Below are positions 36,666 to 49,035 of a stretch of DNA of 64,000 bases, one piece after another. This DNA is from Camelus dromedarius (lineage: Eukaryota), in contig NC_087436.1 in NCBI RefSeq assembly GCF_036321535.1, positions 111,726,001 to 111,790,000 of the forward strand. Reading direction: 5' to 3'. A program made the position numbers and the translations under genes. The number at the start of each line of letters is the position of its first letter. The first letter of the stretch is position 1. A model generated the notes under the pieces. The model worked only from the letters and a program-made list of their open reading frames with translations. It was not told the origin of the DNA and made no database searches.

Positions 36666-37550
36666 AGAAATGCATGAGACACTAAGAGGCTTGAAATAAG
36701 AGTTCAGTGAGGTAGAAGATGCTCAAACAGTTAGAAATGGCGATTAGAGTTTATTTGGTGGGAGAGATAAGGACAGTAGTGTTGGGAAAGGTTCACATTT
36801 GCTGGTGTCCTATGATGGGCTGGGTACCATCTGGGTCCTTGACTTAAGTCTGTCCTCTCAATTTTAAGCTTTAAAGGGAAGTGCTCAGTAGGTGTCTGCT
36901 TAGTAAATAACACATCATGGAGCTTCTGGGAACTCAGATGGTCTTAAAGCACCGACTTGAATGAAAGAACGAATAGGGACAGGCTGTGGAAACACCTGGT
37001 CTTCGTTCTCTGATTTGTTTAACACTAACTCGACTGTCTTAAACTGAGTTCCCTCGGCATGTGTGAACTGTCAAGTTGGGGGGATGATTCCTGTTGCTCT
37101 GGTAGATCTGTGGATGACTTTTTCAGTTGAAATGTCTGAGGAAGAATTAGATTCCATGGTAAAACATAAATCCAGGGCAGATAAAATTTTCCAGAAGTTT
37201 AAAACTTAAGTAGCTCTTGAATCAGAACAGGTAAAATAGAACTCACAGACCTCCTCATTGTGTTCTTTTCGGGTCAAGTTTTACGAATATAATCCCTGAG
37301 AAGAAACTCTATAATAAAGCTATTCTCGTCCTTAGGAGCCCATAAAAGCAGGTTTTTGTTCTCTTATTACAGGAATTCTTCACACAGATGGTCCTTACAG
37401 AAAACTGTTTTTGCAGTGCTGATCTAGTGAATAGTTATTTAAAAGTTAAAGGTTATACTGTTTATCATGTAAGATTTGTTTTCCAAAGAAAGCATTCGAG
37501 GTGGGAGATAAAGATGTTGCCTGCGAGCCATTGAGTTTAGAAACCAATAT

Positions 37551-37625
37551 CAAGAAAGGACGGAAGGAAGAAAGGGAGGGAGGGAGGCAGGGAAGAAGGG
37601 AGGGAAAAAGGAAGGAAGAAAAAGC
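37551..37625. repeat. (GGAA/GGGA)n purine-rich tract
   Basis: Directly visible. Confidence 0.85.
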
Positions 37626-37694
37626 AGAAAATTTAACTGTTTTCCAATAAGAACCTTTGGCTTGTGAGACCACATGACATGTGCACACAGGACA

Positions 37695-37860
37695 CTGGTT
37701 TGGTGAAAAGAAGATGGGCTTTGGCATTGAAAAGACCTAGGTTTGCATTCTGGCTCTGTGACTTTTGTCATAAGCCTTGGATGTGTGTGAAGAAAAATAG
37801 AGGACAGTTGTGAAGATTAAATGAGATTATAGGCACATAGTATGTGTTCAGCAAATGCTC
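37695..37860 (+). mobile_element. MIR
   Basis: gggctttggcattgaaagacctaggtttgcattctggctctg...gttgtgaagattaaatgagat. Confidence 0.75.
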
Positions 37861-38234
37861 TCCTTCCACGTATTCTGTCTTCTATTAACAAGACTAACTT
37901 CCCTTAACAAAACATATAAATCACTAAAGAAAATTCAGCTGAATTCCTGTCAAATAGTCACTGAATCAAAGAAATATCCCAGGGCTTATAGGAAGAATGG
38001 ATCTAGGTCCAAAACACTAGAAAGGAGTTTTTAGCAATGCGTATGCTTTTAACGAAATATAGGGAAACCATTCAGTTGTTACCCGGAGCTTCTTAGCATG
38101 GAATTTCCCTATGTTTGTAGTATTTATCTAAACATCATGTTTCACTTGATAGTTGTCTTAAAAATTTTCAGCTAACGTTCCTCTTATCTGTAGGAAGGTC
38201 AGCACTGACTGGTTGTGTTTTAGAAACAGAACAT

Positions 38235-38600
38235 GTTATTGGGGATGCTCTGTGTCCCAAGGACTGAACTCTACCTCCCAGGGCCCTGTGCCCTCTGACC
38301 TCTGGTTGGCTTTGGCCAATGGAGGCACTGGGTAGAGGTGGGAGACTGCTGGAGAAAGAGTTGGGGGCATGGATCCCCCATCTCCCTCCCCGCTGCAGTG
38401 CCTGAGTTCCAGTCATGGCTGGATTCCTTTACAATATCTCCCGGTGGGTGACCATCCTTGTGGTCTAGGGTTCTCTATTTTCTTCCCTGGCTCCCCCAGG
38501 CCTGGGAGTGGTACTGGCTTTGTCTGCCTCTTAGTTCTTGGATTCCTTGACCAGCTTTGTGAGTGGACCCTTCCATCTGCTCCTGCCAGGACCCTGTCGG
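38235..38600 (+). mobile_element. ERVL LTR, LTR16-like
   Basis: tgccctctgacctctggttggctttggccaatggaggcactgg...caggcctgggagtggtactggcttt...ttcc...tcctgccaggaccctg. Confidence 0.65.
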
Positions 38601-41179
38601 ATGCACTGCATCCCGAATGTCAAGGCCCTACACATCTTTCTCTAATTATCCCATGATGCTCTCTCCTCCCTCGCCAGAATGCTCTTTGCTCCAGGCTTTG
38701 GAAACTACTTGTGGCTGCAAGGCAATCCCATGCCGTCTCTTGCTCTAAGTGAAGTAGCTTTCTCTCCATACGTGACCCCTCCCAGGTCCCTGGTGACTTG
38801 TCTGGTCCCTCTTGTCTCAACTCAGGCTGTCCTGTCCTCCAGCACATCTTCTGTGGCATCCGCAGGTGGGGCCAGGTGTCCTCCCTCTCACCCCCACAGC
38901 ATCTGTCACTCCCGCCTCCCACTATAACTGTGGCAACCTCTCAGCAGGAGCAAGAACGCTACGTGTCTGCATCCCCAGTGCCGACCATGGGGGCCGGTAA
39001 TGCCAGGGGTTTAAAACAGGGGTCTCTGTCAAAACAAAATTAATTGTGTTGACCATCTTTTCATTTAATGAGCCCCTTCTAGGCACATCAGGAAAGACAG
39101 AAAGAGAAGCCAATTAGAAGGCTTTGATGAATAAACAAACACATCATTCTCTGCCTAAAAGTCTTTGGGCAGAGTCACATTTTCTAGCCATAAAGAACAA
39201 GGGCTTGGAGGGCAGTCTTTGCCTCAATCTGAAAAGAGGCAGGTGTCAGCCTCTACTGGCAAATTTCAGCTCTGGTCTTTCTTTAAAGAAATCATAATTA
39301 GAAAAGAAAAGTAAAATTCATCCATTACCTTTCTTCACCTATTCTCCTTCTTGCCTTTCAGTGAAAGCAATCTGCCCGTGCAGTATTTTTGCCAGGGAAC
39401 CTGAAGCCATCCGGATCCATTCGATTGAAAAATATCCGTGTGTGTTTAGGGCGCATGCCCCCTGGGAACCCCCAACACTGCAAAGTGAGTGTTGAAAGAG
39501 TGGTGACTATTTGGCAAAAACCAAAATGGAACAACAACAAATGGCTTTAGAATTAATTCTACCCAGAGAGAACAGCCAGAGCTCTTTGTTATAATTTTTG
39601 ATGGCAAAAAAGAACAAACAAGAGGCACTTACTGATGTGCTTATATGAAATACAGATTTTTTTCCCGCCGTCCTTTATTTGAACTTAAATTTCATTTTTC
39701 CTCTCTTTCTGTTATGACAATGGGGCAGGGGAGCCAGTTAGCCTGATCTGTACCTGGCCAGATGTGGCCCATGCCAAACGCATCAGAAGCGCTGGCCCTC
39801 TGGACCCTCCGGCAGTAAAACAGGAAGCATTAGTCTGGACCATTTTCCTGGGATACTGAGGTCATAGGAGATTTTCAAGTCTTTCTCCTAAGGGCTTGTA
39901 TACAGATGACATAAAGGCTTAGATAAAAAATACTTAAGCTACCTTCCCTTTCTCCGAGAAGTGAGAGAAGCCCATTCCCCAAGCTGACATAAATACCCTC
40001 AAGACAACGCTCTCCATACTCCAGGTTAAAGAATTCCATCCCAATGGGTTAAAAATAGAAGCCTCCAACATCTTTAGCCTTCGCAGCTATTTCTTTCTTT
40101 GGTTCTAACCTGACCTTCCCTGTGAAGCTTTCTCTGAGCTTGGAGCAGTCTCTCCCTCCTCTGCATCCCTTACTGCTTTCCCCTGTAGCCATCGTTTGGT
40201 CATTAATCAGCTATCATCTCCTGGCCGAGGTATAAATCACTGTTTAGATCTGGGCTATCCTTTCCTTTTTAATTTTTTTTTGGCTATTTCTTGGCTATAT
40301 ACGTCCAAGCATGCAGTCACATCTACCCGAGACACTCTTCTCTCTTCCTCTCTCTGTGAACTTCAGCTCAACCTCCAAAACCTATCCTAAATCTCACCTC
40401 TTCCACTGAGCCTTCACCATCTTCCTATCTATAGGGTGACACTGCTCCTGACTTTAGATTAGAAACATTGAGATGTCAGCTCTTTACCCTCTGACCTTAT
40501 TTACCACAACAGAAATTATAAACCCTATGAGACTAGTGAAAAGGAAGTCTGGAAATGGATGAGGTCTTAGAACTCTAGCCCTCATTAAATTGCACTGAAA
40601 GGACTTCACCTCCTCCCTGTGTGTGGTGCACACTGTCACTGTTACTTTGTGTCTCTCTGGACAGAAACTCCTTAAGAGGAAGCATTCTATTTCATCATTT
40701 TATTCCCAGAGCATATTATAGTAGCAGGCACATAACAGATGTTCAATAAACGAGAGATTGCTGAGTGAAAGAATGAATGGCTGTGGTTCTGTCTCAGAGA
40801 GAATGGTGCTATAGTCCTTTGCAGTTCTTGCATTTTCCTTAAACATAAGTGGAGGATATTTATAGGAGTCAAAAGAAAAGAGAGTAATGAATAATAGATC
40901 CTAAAGAACCAGCCAACCATTAGAGGTCTTTTCCTCTATGAGCCTGAGGAGCTGAGCATACACTCCAGTGGATATAAAGCAGGGAGAGGGACCACCCCAA
41001 GGATTTATCAGGTAAAGTCATGGTAGTTGCTACCATGAAGAATTAACAAAATCCCTAATGTTGATGGCTTTACCTAGTAGAGGTATTATTTCTTCCTCAT
41101 TATTTCTTGCTCACATAAATCCCTAAACAAATCTCCAGATGTGGACAGCCTTCCTTCAATGTGGAATCTTACAGTGACA

Positions 41180-41553
41180 GGAGCCGACCGGCAGTGGCCA
41201 GGAATTAGGGTTGGGAGGAGGGTGTGACGATGAAGGAGAAGCCTGAGGAAGTTTCTTCATGGTGATGGGACAGTTTTGTATGCTGGTCAAAGTTATTACT
41301 ACATGAATCTGTGTGATAATATTTCATAGAACTCTGCACACATACACAGACACACGAGTACATGCAAAAACTGGTAAAATACACATAGAGATCTGTAGTT
41401 AACAGTACAGAACCACCGTCGGTTCTCTGGTTTTGATGATGCACTATATTTATATAAGATGTTGTCACTTGGGGAAGCGGGGCAAAGGATATATAGGATC
41501 TCTCAGTACTAGTTTTGCAATTTCCTGACACTCTGACACCATCTCAAAATTAA
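41180..41553 (+). mobile_element. Old L1 3' end (L1MC/L1MD-like)
   Basis: ggtgatgggacagttttgtat...taagatgttgtcacttggggaagc...ggatctctcagtactagttttgcaatttcc. Confidence 0.8.
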
Positions 41554-41559
41554 GAGCTT

Positions 41560-42001
41560 TGGTTTTTGTGTGTTATATCTATTGACACTTACTATATGAG
41601 AAATTGATTCTGAGAATTCTTTACATGTTTATTTATTAATTCATTTTAAAACCATAGTAAACTCATTATATGATGACAGACAAAAGATTTTTGTGAAAGA
41701 TAACTATATTTTGGAAAACAAAATGATCGTAAGGAGAGTGGCATTATTTTACATTTTGAACATCTCTCTAATGCCTGACTTAACAGAAGACAGCTGGAGC
41801 GTTCTAGCTACTTCTGCAATCTGTTGTGACTTTACACGTCATGTTGGCTCTGGAAAACTCTACTGTACACTCATGAGAGAATGAGGGTGAAAACGGCAAA
41901 TACCACGTTAGTTTCATTATAAGAGTGCTTCGATCTCCTAGACCCACTGAAAGGGTCTTGGGAAGACCCAGGGGTCCCTCACCATACACTGAGAATTGGT
42001 G
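41560..42001. mobile_element. Charlie1a/1b (hAT-Charlie) terminal fragment
   Basis: gagagtggcattattttacatttt, ttaacagaagacagctgga, ctgtacactcatgagagaatgagggtgaaa and gggtccctcaccatacactgagaa. Confidence 0.85.
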
Positions 42002-45000
42002 ATCTAGGTTAAGGCACATCCCATGATATTTTAGCTATTCGTTTTTGTATCTTTGTCCCCTGTATGGCTGTGAGCTCCAGCAGGGCCAGAACTCTGTCTA
42101 ATTCACTTTCTTTCCCCAGAGGCTAACACCACGTCAAGTACAGAGTGAGAACTCGATGCATATGGCAAAAAGAACAAAGAAGAAGCAAAGGAAACCATTT
42201 GTTTTTCTGGTTTTTTTCTTCTGTCTTTAAAAGTCTGTAGGTGATTACAGTTTTTGAAATTTGAAGAGAAACTTTGAATCTCAAGAGATGTGCTGTCTGT
42301 AGGAAGAAATTCAGTTGGTCCCGGGAGCGGTGGACAGTGGTTGGGAGACCCAAGGAGACAAGCCAAGCGATTTGCATTCATACTGTTTTGTTTGACTTCC
42401 CCTCCCCTTGTCTCCTGCCATTTCTGATTTTTATGTTCCTTGTCAGGACACAGGAGTACATACAGGATATATAGCATATGTTACAAGGTCCATGAGGGCT
42501 TCTTTGTAGGACCAGGCACAGCCAGGATCAATTAAATAACATGGAAGGGAGAAAATAGAGCTGCAGCTGGAACAAATCAGTTAGCCAGGCACACGAGTTG
42601 CAACCCATAAAAGATCAGCAGGCAACTGGCCTGAGTAACTATGAGTGAAGGTTTTGGCTCCTCAGAGCTAGAAGGAGCCAGGCGATTGGCCATCCAATCA
42701 GGTGATGAAGGTGGTGGATGGTGAAGACATTGCAAACGATGGGTCAGATTGTGCCCCAGGTATGTTTCTCATCTGGCTTCTTCTCAATCGATTTCTCCCC
42801 TGCCCCTCCAGCCCCATGTGAGTTATTTTACCTAAGCGATAGGTTGTTTTATGGCTTGGAGGCAGGCCTCCACTACTAAATTTCAATGAGTGAGAGGAGC
42901 TGGACTTGTGTATAATTAGGAGACTTCTTGGGAAGAGGGGCAGAGTAGTGTGATGCCTCAAAAAAAAAAAAAAAAAGGCAAAACCTTACACTTCATCTTA
43001 CTGCACATACGTTATATCTAGAGATCAGATTTCAGGTTAATTTCCAACAATGGACAACTTGTTGGCAAACTGATTAAGTATCTGCCTTGTTATTCCAGTA
43101 ATAAGAGATCGTTATTTCTTAGCTTGACTCAGTTCCCCACCCTGTTTTTTTCAGAATAATTAATCCACATACATACATATATTTATACATTTTTGTTGTT
43201 GTTGCAAGGCAAAAGTCTAAACAGATGTGTGGGAATGTTTTACAGAGTACTCTGACAAAATTACGCTCACTCTTCCATTTGGATCAGAGCTCAGAACACA
43301 GGGAAGGAGACCCCAATTCAAATGCAGGATTTTAACTGAAGAAAAGAGCCGTAAATATGATCCTAATGACCACATGTGCTAAAAGTTCATCCTTTTGTTG
43401 AATAAATAATTAGTGAACTGCACAATGCTAGACTCAGAGAACACAGAAATGAATAAGGAGCCTATGGGTTAGATAGGGTCATTTCAGTGCTGCTTGCTTG
43501 GGAAGTAAGATCATGCAGAGTAGGACCACAGGGGAAGGTTGTCACCTCCACCAGGCGACTTCATGGAAGATGGAGTCTTAGAGGAGGCCATTGGCTTACA
43601 ATTTACTTTCACACACAGTGTGTAATTTTTAGAATCTTAAATACCTTTGAGTTATTATTATCATCTTGATTAGACTCAAAAGATTATAACCTGTGTTCAA
43701 GTTAAGTAAGCTAGTAAGAGGTAAATGTGGGGCTCAGATTCAGATCTTTTGATTGCAGAACTTTTCCTAGACTACTACTGAGATGAGAATTTAATGAAAT
43801 CATACATGCGAAAGCACTTTGGAAAGTTATGTATAAAGATCAGATATTGTCATCATTAAAACATTTTCTCTAAAATTATTGTAGTGAAGACTGAAAGAAT
43901 ATAATTCCTCACCTTTTTCTCACTTTCCAGCAACTTTATGCTTAAATTCATTCCCTCTAATTCAGTATTTATGGAATTGGTTCTCATGTGCCCTTCTTTG
44001 CGCCCTGGAGGATTTAGGAAGAGAGGACATAATAAATGATCCCACTTCATTTGTGTTGAGACTGAGCAGAGCATCCACGGTGAAAGAGGAAGACTTTGGG
44101 AAAAAAATCTCATAAGGAAGCAAGTAGGCAAGGAAGGGGAATTGATTTCTGAGAGAAGCTGGTTGGTTCCCTTTGGGACATAGGGAATTGGAGGTGCCAG
44201 GGTATCCTTTGAAAGGAAACACTCAGGACATGGTTACTGAGAGGGCATTGGATCTGGGGCAGAGTTTCCACTGGAAGATAAGGGAGGAAGTGTCACCCTT
44301 CAAATGAAAGAACAATTCTCTGAATTTGACACAGCACTGGGCAGGTGGACATGTGTGTTCTCAAGCAGGAGGAATGCCAAACATGTTCCACAACACATGA
44401 CTGAATTTGCTGGGCTATGGAGTCTCCTCTCTGAATGTTTTTTGCTGAAGGAAAGGATGCTTTGTAGGTGGTATGCTACTGAGGCTTCTGTCTACTCCAC
44501 GTGAGGCTTAATGTTCAGCAAAATAACCAAAAACCTAGAACCAAAGCAATGGCAGCTCTGGCTTAGAAATGAAGGGCAGGAATGCAGGTGAGAGAAGGAG
44601 ACAGAAAGTAAAGAAGGAAGCCAAGGTTCTGTGATGATCATGGACTGAGCATCCACGTAGCAAAAGAGCGGTCTTGCTCTTCACCCGGAAAAGGTTTGAC
44701 GACAAAAGAACTTGGAAACATTTCAACCTGGGATGAGGAGGTCTTTTCTATCATAATTATTTGGGGTGTAAATATGACCCGCCCTAGCGGAAATGCCCAC
44801 CAGTTTGTAGAAGGATACTTTGTGGAGTCATACATATGAGGCTCAGATAAAGGGCTGAGTTTTATGCTTATGTACCTAGGGTGGAAAAAAGAGTTTTGTT
44901 GTTGTGTATGTAAAACTGGGAGCAGATGCACCAGTGAGAAATCCTGCTCTCCCCTGCCTGCCTTTTTCAGAGGAGGCTGAAGAGAAGAAAAGAGCCCCAG

Positions 45001-46786
45001 TTAGTTCAGGAATGAAGAGGTGGGCTGGAAAGACAGTGTGAGTCAGTGTTGAGTCACTGCTCTTATAAAACAAAGCTCATGCACACCAGGAATGAAGGGA
45101 GGGGAGAAAATCAAAGCCTGCTAAAGACAAAAACTTTCTTTAGGCGAGAGTAAGTTATCCAATGGCCTGGGTGTGACCTTGGGTAGTCAGCTGTCCAAGG
45201 AGACCATGTGCACCTGTGGATCCAGGAGGTCCAGGGAGGGGGGCACCAAACAGTGGTCACACCATGTCACCTGGGAGTGCATTAAAACTGGTTTCCACCT
45301 CAGACCTGCAGAAATCCACTCCCCCATCAGGGGATTCAGGAAGATATTTATTTTGACAAGATCCCCAAGAAGCTTCCATCTACCCAGACATCAGTGGTTA
45401 CCCAGCAGCCCTCAGGAGCAAGGGACTGTCTTAATTCTTCTTTGAAAAATGCCAAACCTTGGGTCTCTAGTTGGTTCTCACTGAGTGTCGGAACGGATGC
45501 ACTGAGCAGACAGACTTGGGGTGGTCACGTGGCAGGGACTGTTCTCAATGTGAGAGTCATGGCTGGGGACAGTGTGGGCATCGAGTTGACAGAGAGATTC
45601 TAGAGCAGCAGAGACATAGGAGCACCTTCCCTGGGAGAGGGAGGGAGAGAGGGTGCACCCAGGACGAGCTTCCAGGGCTCTATGTTTCTGCAAGGACTGA
45701 GGAAGTTGCTTTCTGGAGCTGAGAGGTCAGAGCAACATGGAGGAGAGGCTGTGCGGTACTGGAAACAGCTGTAAAGGACCCTAGGGTGCTTGTCCGGCTG
45801 CCTTGGATCCTGGCTCTGCTGTGTGGGGCTTGAGACATTGGGTCAATGTCACCACCCTCTTCCCCGCACCCCCTCCCCCAACCCCCTGTCCTGGCCTCAG
45901 TTCCTCTTCTGCTTGAGGCTGGACACAAGATGGACCACAGCTCCTGGAAACCCTCCTGGTTGACTGCGCCAACATGGGCATGTAGCCACAAGTCCTGAGG
46001 CGTTCCCGTGGTTCAGGGAAACAGCCCTTGGAAATTGGCCATGCAGGAAGAGGAAGTGGCCGCTCTACCACTTCTCCACAGAAGCTGTGTGATGTTGGAT
46101 GAAAGGCAGCTGTGCCCCACGAGTGTAAATTTTCCCCTGACTGATCAGGGGGGCCTTGCAAGATGGCTGTTTTAGCCTCAACAGGCTGGATGGGGAAAGA
46201 TGTCAAAGCAGAGGTGGAGGGGCGCTCCCTCCGAAGTCCTGCAGACGTGGTCCTGCTTTGTGAGACCTGGTTAATCCTCTCTCGATAGTAACTTCTTCAC
46301 TCTAGTCGGTTTTAGTTAGAAAGACAGCAGAGAACATGTGCTAAGTGCATTTGGGGCCAACTACTGAGCCCCACTGTACCTGAATGTCAGCTCTTGCTAT
46401 TAAACGAGGCGATCACAGCACCCAGCTGAAAGGCAGCAGGTGAGGGGCAGCATTTAAAATAGCAAAAGTGCTTAGAATAGTGCCTGCCAGAACAAGTGCT
46501 TATAATCATGAGCTACAACTATTACAAATACAATTTTGTCCAAAGTAATAGACAAAAAGTAGAATTAGGTATTTGGATCACGTGAGCAGTTCTTGTGATG
46601 ATGCCATAAAATCCTTCCAGAACTTAGTTTCTTTGTGTGCTCTTTCCCTGCCTGTACCACCAGGTGTGAAACAGAACCCCTGGGTGCCCCATTCAAGACA
46701 GAGGAGCATCTGAAGATGATTCTCGGCTACTGACCGCCCAGGCCCAGCCTTTCTGTCAGAGAATTTTCAGACTGGAAAATATCTTT

Positions 46787-46895
46787 AGAGGCGTGGGTAT
46801 AGCTCAGTGGTAGAGTGCATGCTTAGCGTGTACGAGGTTCTGGGTTCAATCCCCAGTACCTCCATTAAAAGAAAGTTAAAAAAAATAAAATGAAA
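46787..46895 (+). mobile_element. tRNA-Ala-derived camelid SINE, short form
   Basis: gggtatagctcagtggtagagtgcatgcttagcgtgtacgaggttctgggttcaatccccagtacctcca followed directly by an A-rich tail; degenerate TSD. Confidence 0.9.
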
Positions 46896-47515
46896 AGATG
46901 TTAGCTTAGGCCATTTGACCCCATCATTTTGCAGGTGGTCAGGTTTACCTGACTCCAAACCACAAGAGCTGGAATGACCCATCCTGAGCCCATGAGCCCT
47001 TCGCTGTGTCTCAACCAACAGAATCAGCCACGAAGCACGCTAACATTTACCTTCTGGCTTGCTGGCTTTCTAGACTTTAGGGCATATTCACTTCGATACG
47101 TTGTACAAATTAATTTTGTTTCTAAAATAGGAGTGGTAAATAAGAATGACTAGGGGCATCCGTGCTTTTAATGTGCTCGACATTTATGGAAGTATGTACA
47201 GTCAAGAGTGGCAGGGTTGGGGGGGGGACATCGTGAGGCAGGGGAGAGTGGATTTGCCATGGCAACCACAGCCAGCGTGGGACCTGCTTCCTTCTGCTTC
47301 TGAGTTACTGGAGCTCTTCATCCAGTGGCTTCTCAGAAGTTGGAGGTGGGTCCCAGCACTTGCAAATCGGGCTCTTTCCTCTCCTCCACATCTTCCACCT
47401 TCGGTCTGTGGAGTCGTTTCCCTGTTCCCCACCTCTGCACAGTGGGTCCCTGCACAGTGGAGAGCTCTCTCCTTTGCTTATGTGCCCAAAGCTGCTGGGG
47501 CACGCACAGCGCTGG

Positions 47516-47953
47516 GGTGTGAGTGTCCTGGGCTGTGTAACAAAGTACCACACACAAAGTGGCCTAAACAATGGAAGTTCCATCGCCTCAGAGTTCTGGA
47601 GACCAGAAGCTGAAATGAAGGTGTGGGTAGGGCCACGCTCCCTCCCGGGGCTCTGGCAGAAGATGCTTCCCCACCAGTTCTAGCTTCTGCTCGTTGCTGG
47701 TGGTCCTCGGCCTTCCTTCCCTTGCAGACCTTTCATCCAGTCTCTCTCTTCATCATCATGTGACCTTCCCTGTGCATCTCTGTACAGCTTTTCCTCTTCT
47801 TGTAAAGATACCAGTCCTATCGGGTTTGGGGTGAACCCTTGTCCATCTTCACTGAGCTAATTGCATCTGCAAAGACCGTATTTTCAAACAAGGCCACTTT
47901 CTCAGGTTCTGGGTAGACAAGACTTTTAGTGGGGCGCCATTCAACCCAGCACA
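47516..47953 (-). mobile_element. MaLR solo LTR, MLT1B/C-like
   Basis: gtaacaaagtaccaca...gttctggagaccagaag...catctgcaaagacc...ccattcaacccagcaca. TSD gctgg on both sides. Confidence 0.85.
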
Positions 47954-48089
47954 GCTGGGATTTCAATAATGCTTTGGAGCAGATTCTACAGGCAGGCATC
48001 TAGCCCCCCAGGATTAGTGGGGTTTAGCCTCAAAGTCTCCCCAGGTTCTGTTCTTATCCATCACCTCTAAGTCCAGGCGATTTGTGCAC

Positions 48090-48525
48090 TGTGGCAGAGA
48101 CTGCTGGTCATCCCCCAGCAACTGTTCTCCCCTTCTTCCTTAATATGAGAGCTCCCAACTTTGAGCTGAGCTCATCATTGCCATGACTAAAGAGCTACCC
48201 ATGCAGCTAGGTGGGGTCCTGTGAGCGAGTTCTGGCAATGGGATGTAAGCAGAAGTGATAGGTACCAATTCTCGGAAGTGTCCTCAAAGGGAAGGAGTGC
48301 ACCTTCTTCTGTTCCTCCTTATAGCTGCCTGGACTTCAGACGTGACGGCTGAGCTCAAGCAACCATTTTTAGACTATGAGGAAGGAACCAGTGCTCAAAA
48401 TCATTGTGGAGCTACCATAATGGGCTTGGACTCTTGCTTCTGGGACTCATTTATGTGAGGGGAAAAGCAAGTTCTCTCTTATGGAAGCTCTTTCTGGGGG
48501 CAGTTTTCTAAGTCTCACAGCTAAG
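48090..48525 (+). mobile_element. MaLR LTR, MLT1I/J-like
   Basis: tgtggcagagactgctgg...gttctggcaatgggatgtaagcagaagtg. Confidence 0.75.
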
Positions 48526-48721
48526 CTGGGATGACCAGCGTCTCAGCTAGGAGCAAGCCTCCTTGTCTGACTGGTTTTTCTGTGTCTCTTCTGGGGGCTC
48601 CTGGTAGGTGATGGTGGAAGGACAGCATCCAAGGACTTGCACTTCCAGGTTCCTGCTGAAAAAGGAAAACTTTTCACTTACCTTTCAGTAATGCCATGCC
48701 AGGCCCTGAGTGGATCTAACT

Positions 48722-48951
48722 CAGCATTTCTCAACCTTTCTCACTACTGACTCTTTAAAGACCTTTTTAAGATATGTGTTTCTTAATCAACTCTTCCCGT
48801 GACATTTTAATAGCATAGATATGCTGTATATTTGTTTATGTACTATACATGTATTTATGCTTTACACAAAAAGAATGTAAATTTTTGGTGCCCCCTAATA
48901 GGACCAATTTTTGTTTTCTTTCGGGCACTCTCCCACTGTTGAGGATGCCTG
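48722..48951. mobile_element. hAT-Charlie-type MITE
   Basis: Inverted termini cagcatttctcaac / gttgaggatgcctg; 8-bp TSD atctaact / acctaact. Confidence 0.8.
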
Positions 48952-49035
48952 ACCTAACTACAGACCTTTTGCCAACAAAGGAACAAGGAGAATTGTTCTA
49001 AACTAACCCATACAGACCTAAAGACTCCTTACATT

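Noticed and set aside
46793..46864. tRNA-Ala(AGC) gene (also at 632 and 52354)
   Set aside because: A-rich tails rather than a Pol III T-run terminator, TSDs, stem-disrupting substitutions and three diverged copies within 52 kb indicate SINEs.
48655..48690. Minus-strand donor (AAG|GTAAGT) next to an acceptor (ttttccttttcag)
   Set aside because: The implied ~25-nt intron is too short for the mammalian spliceosome, and neither side has a coding frame I can recognise.
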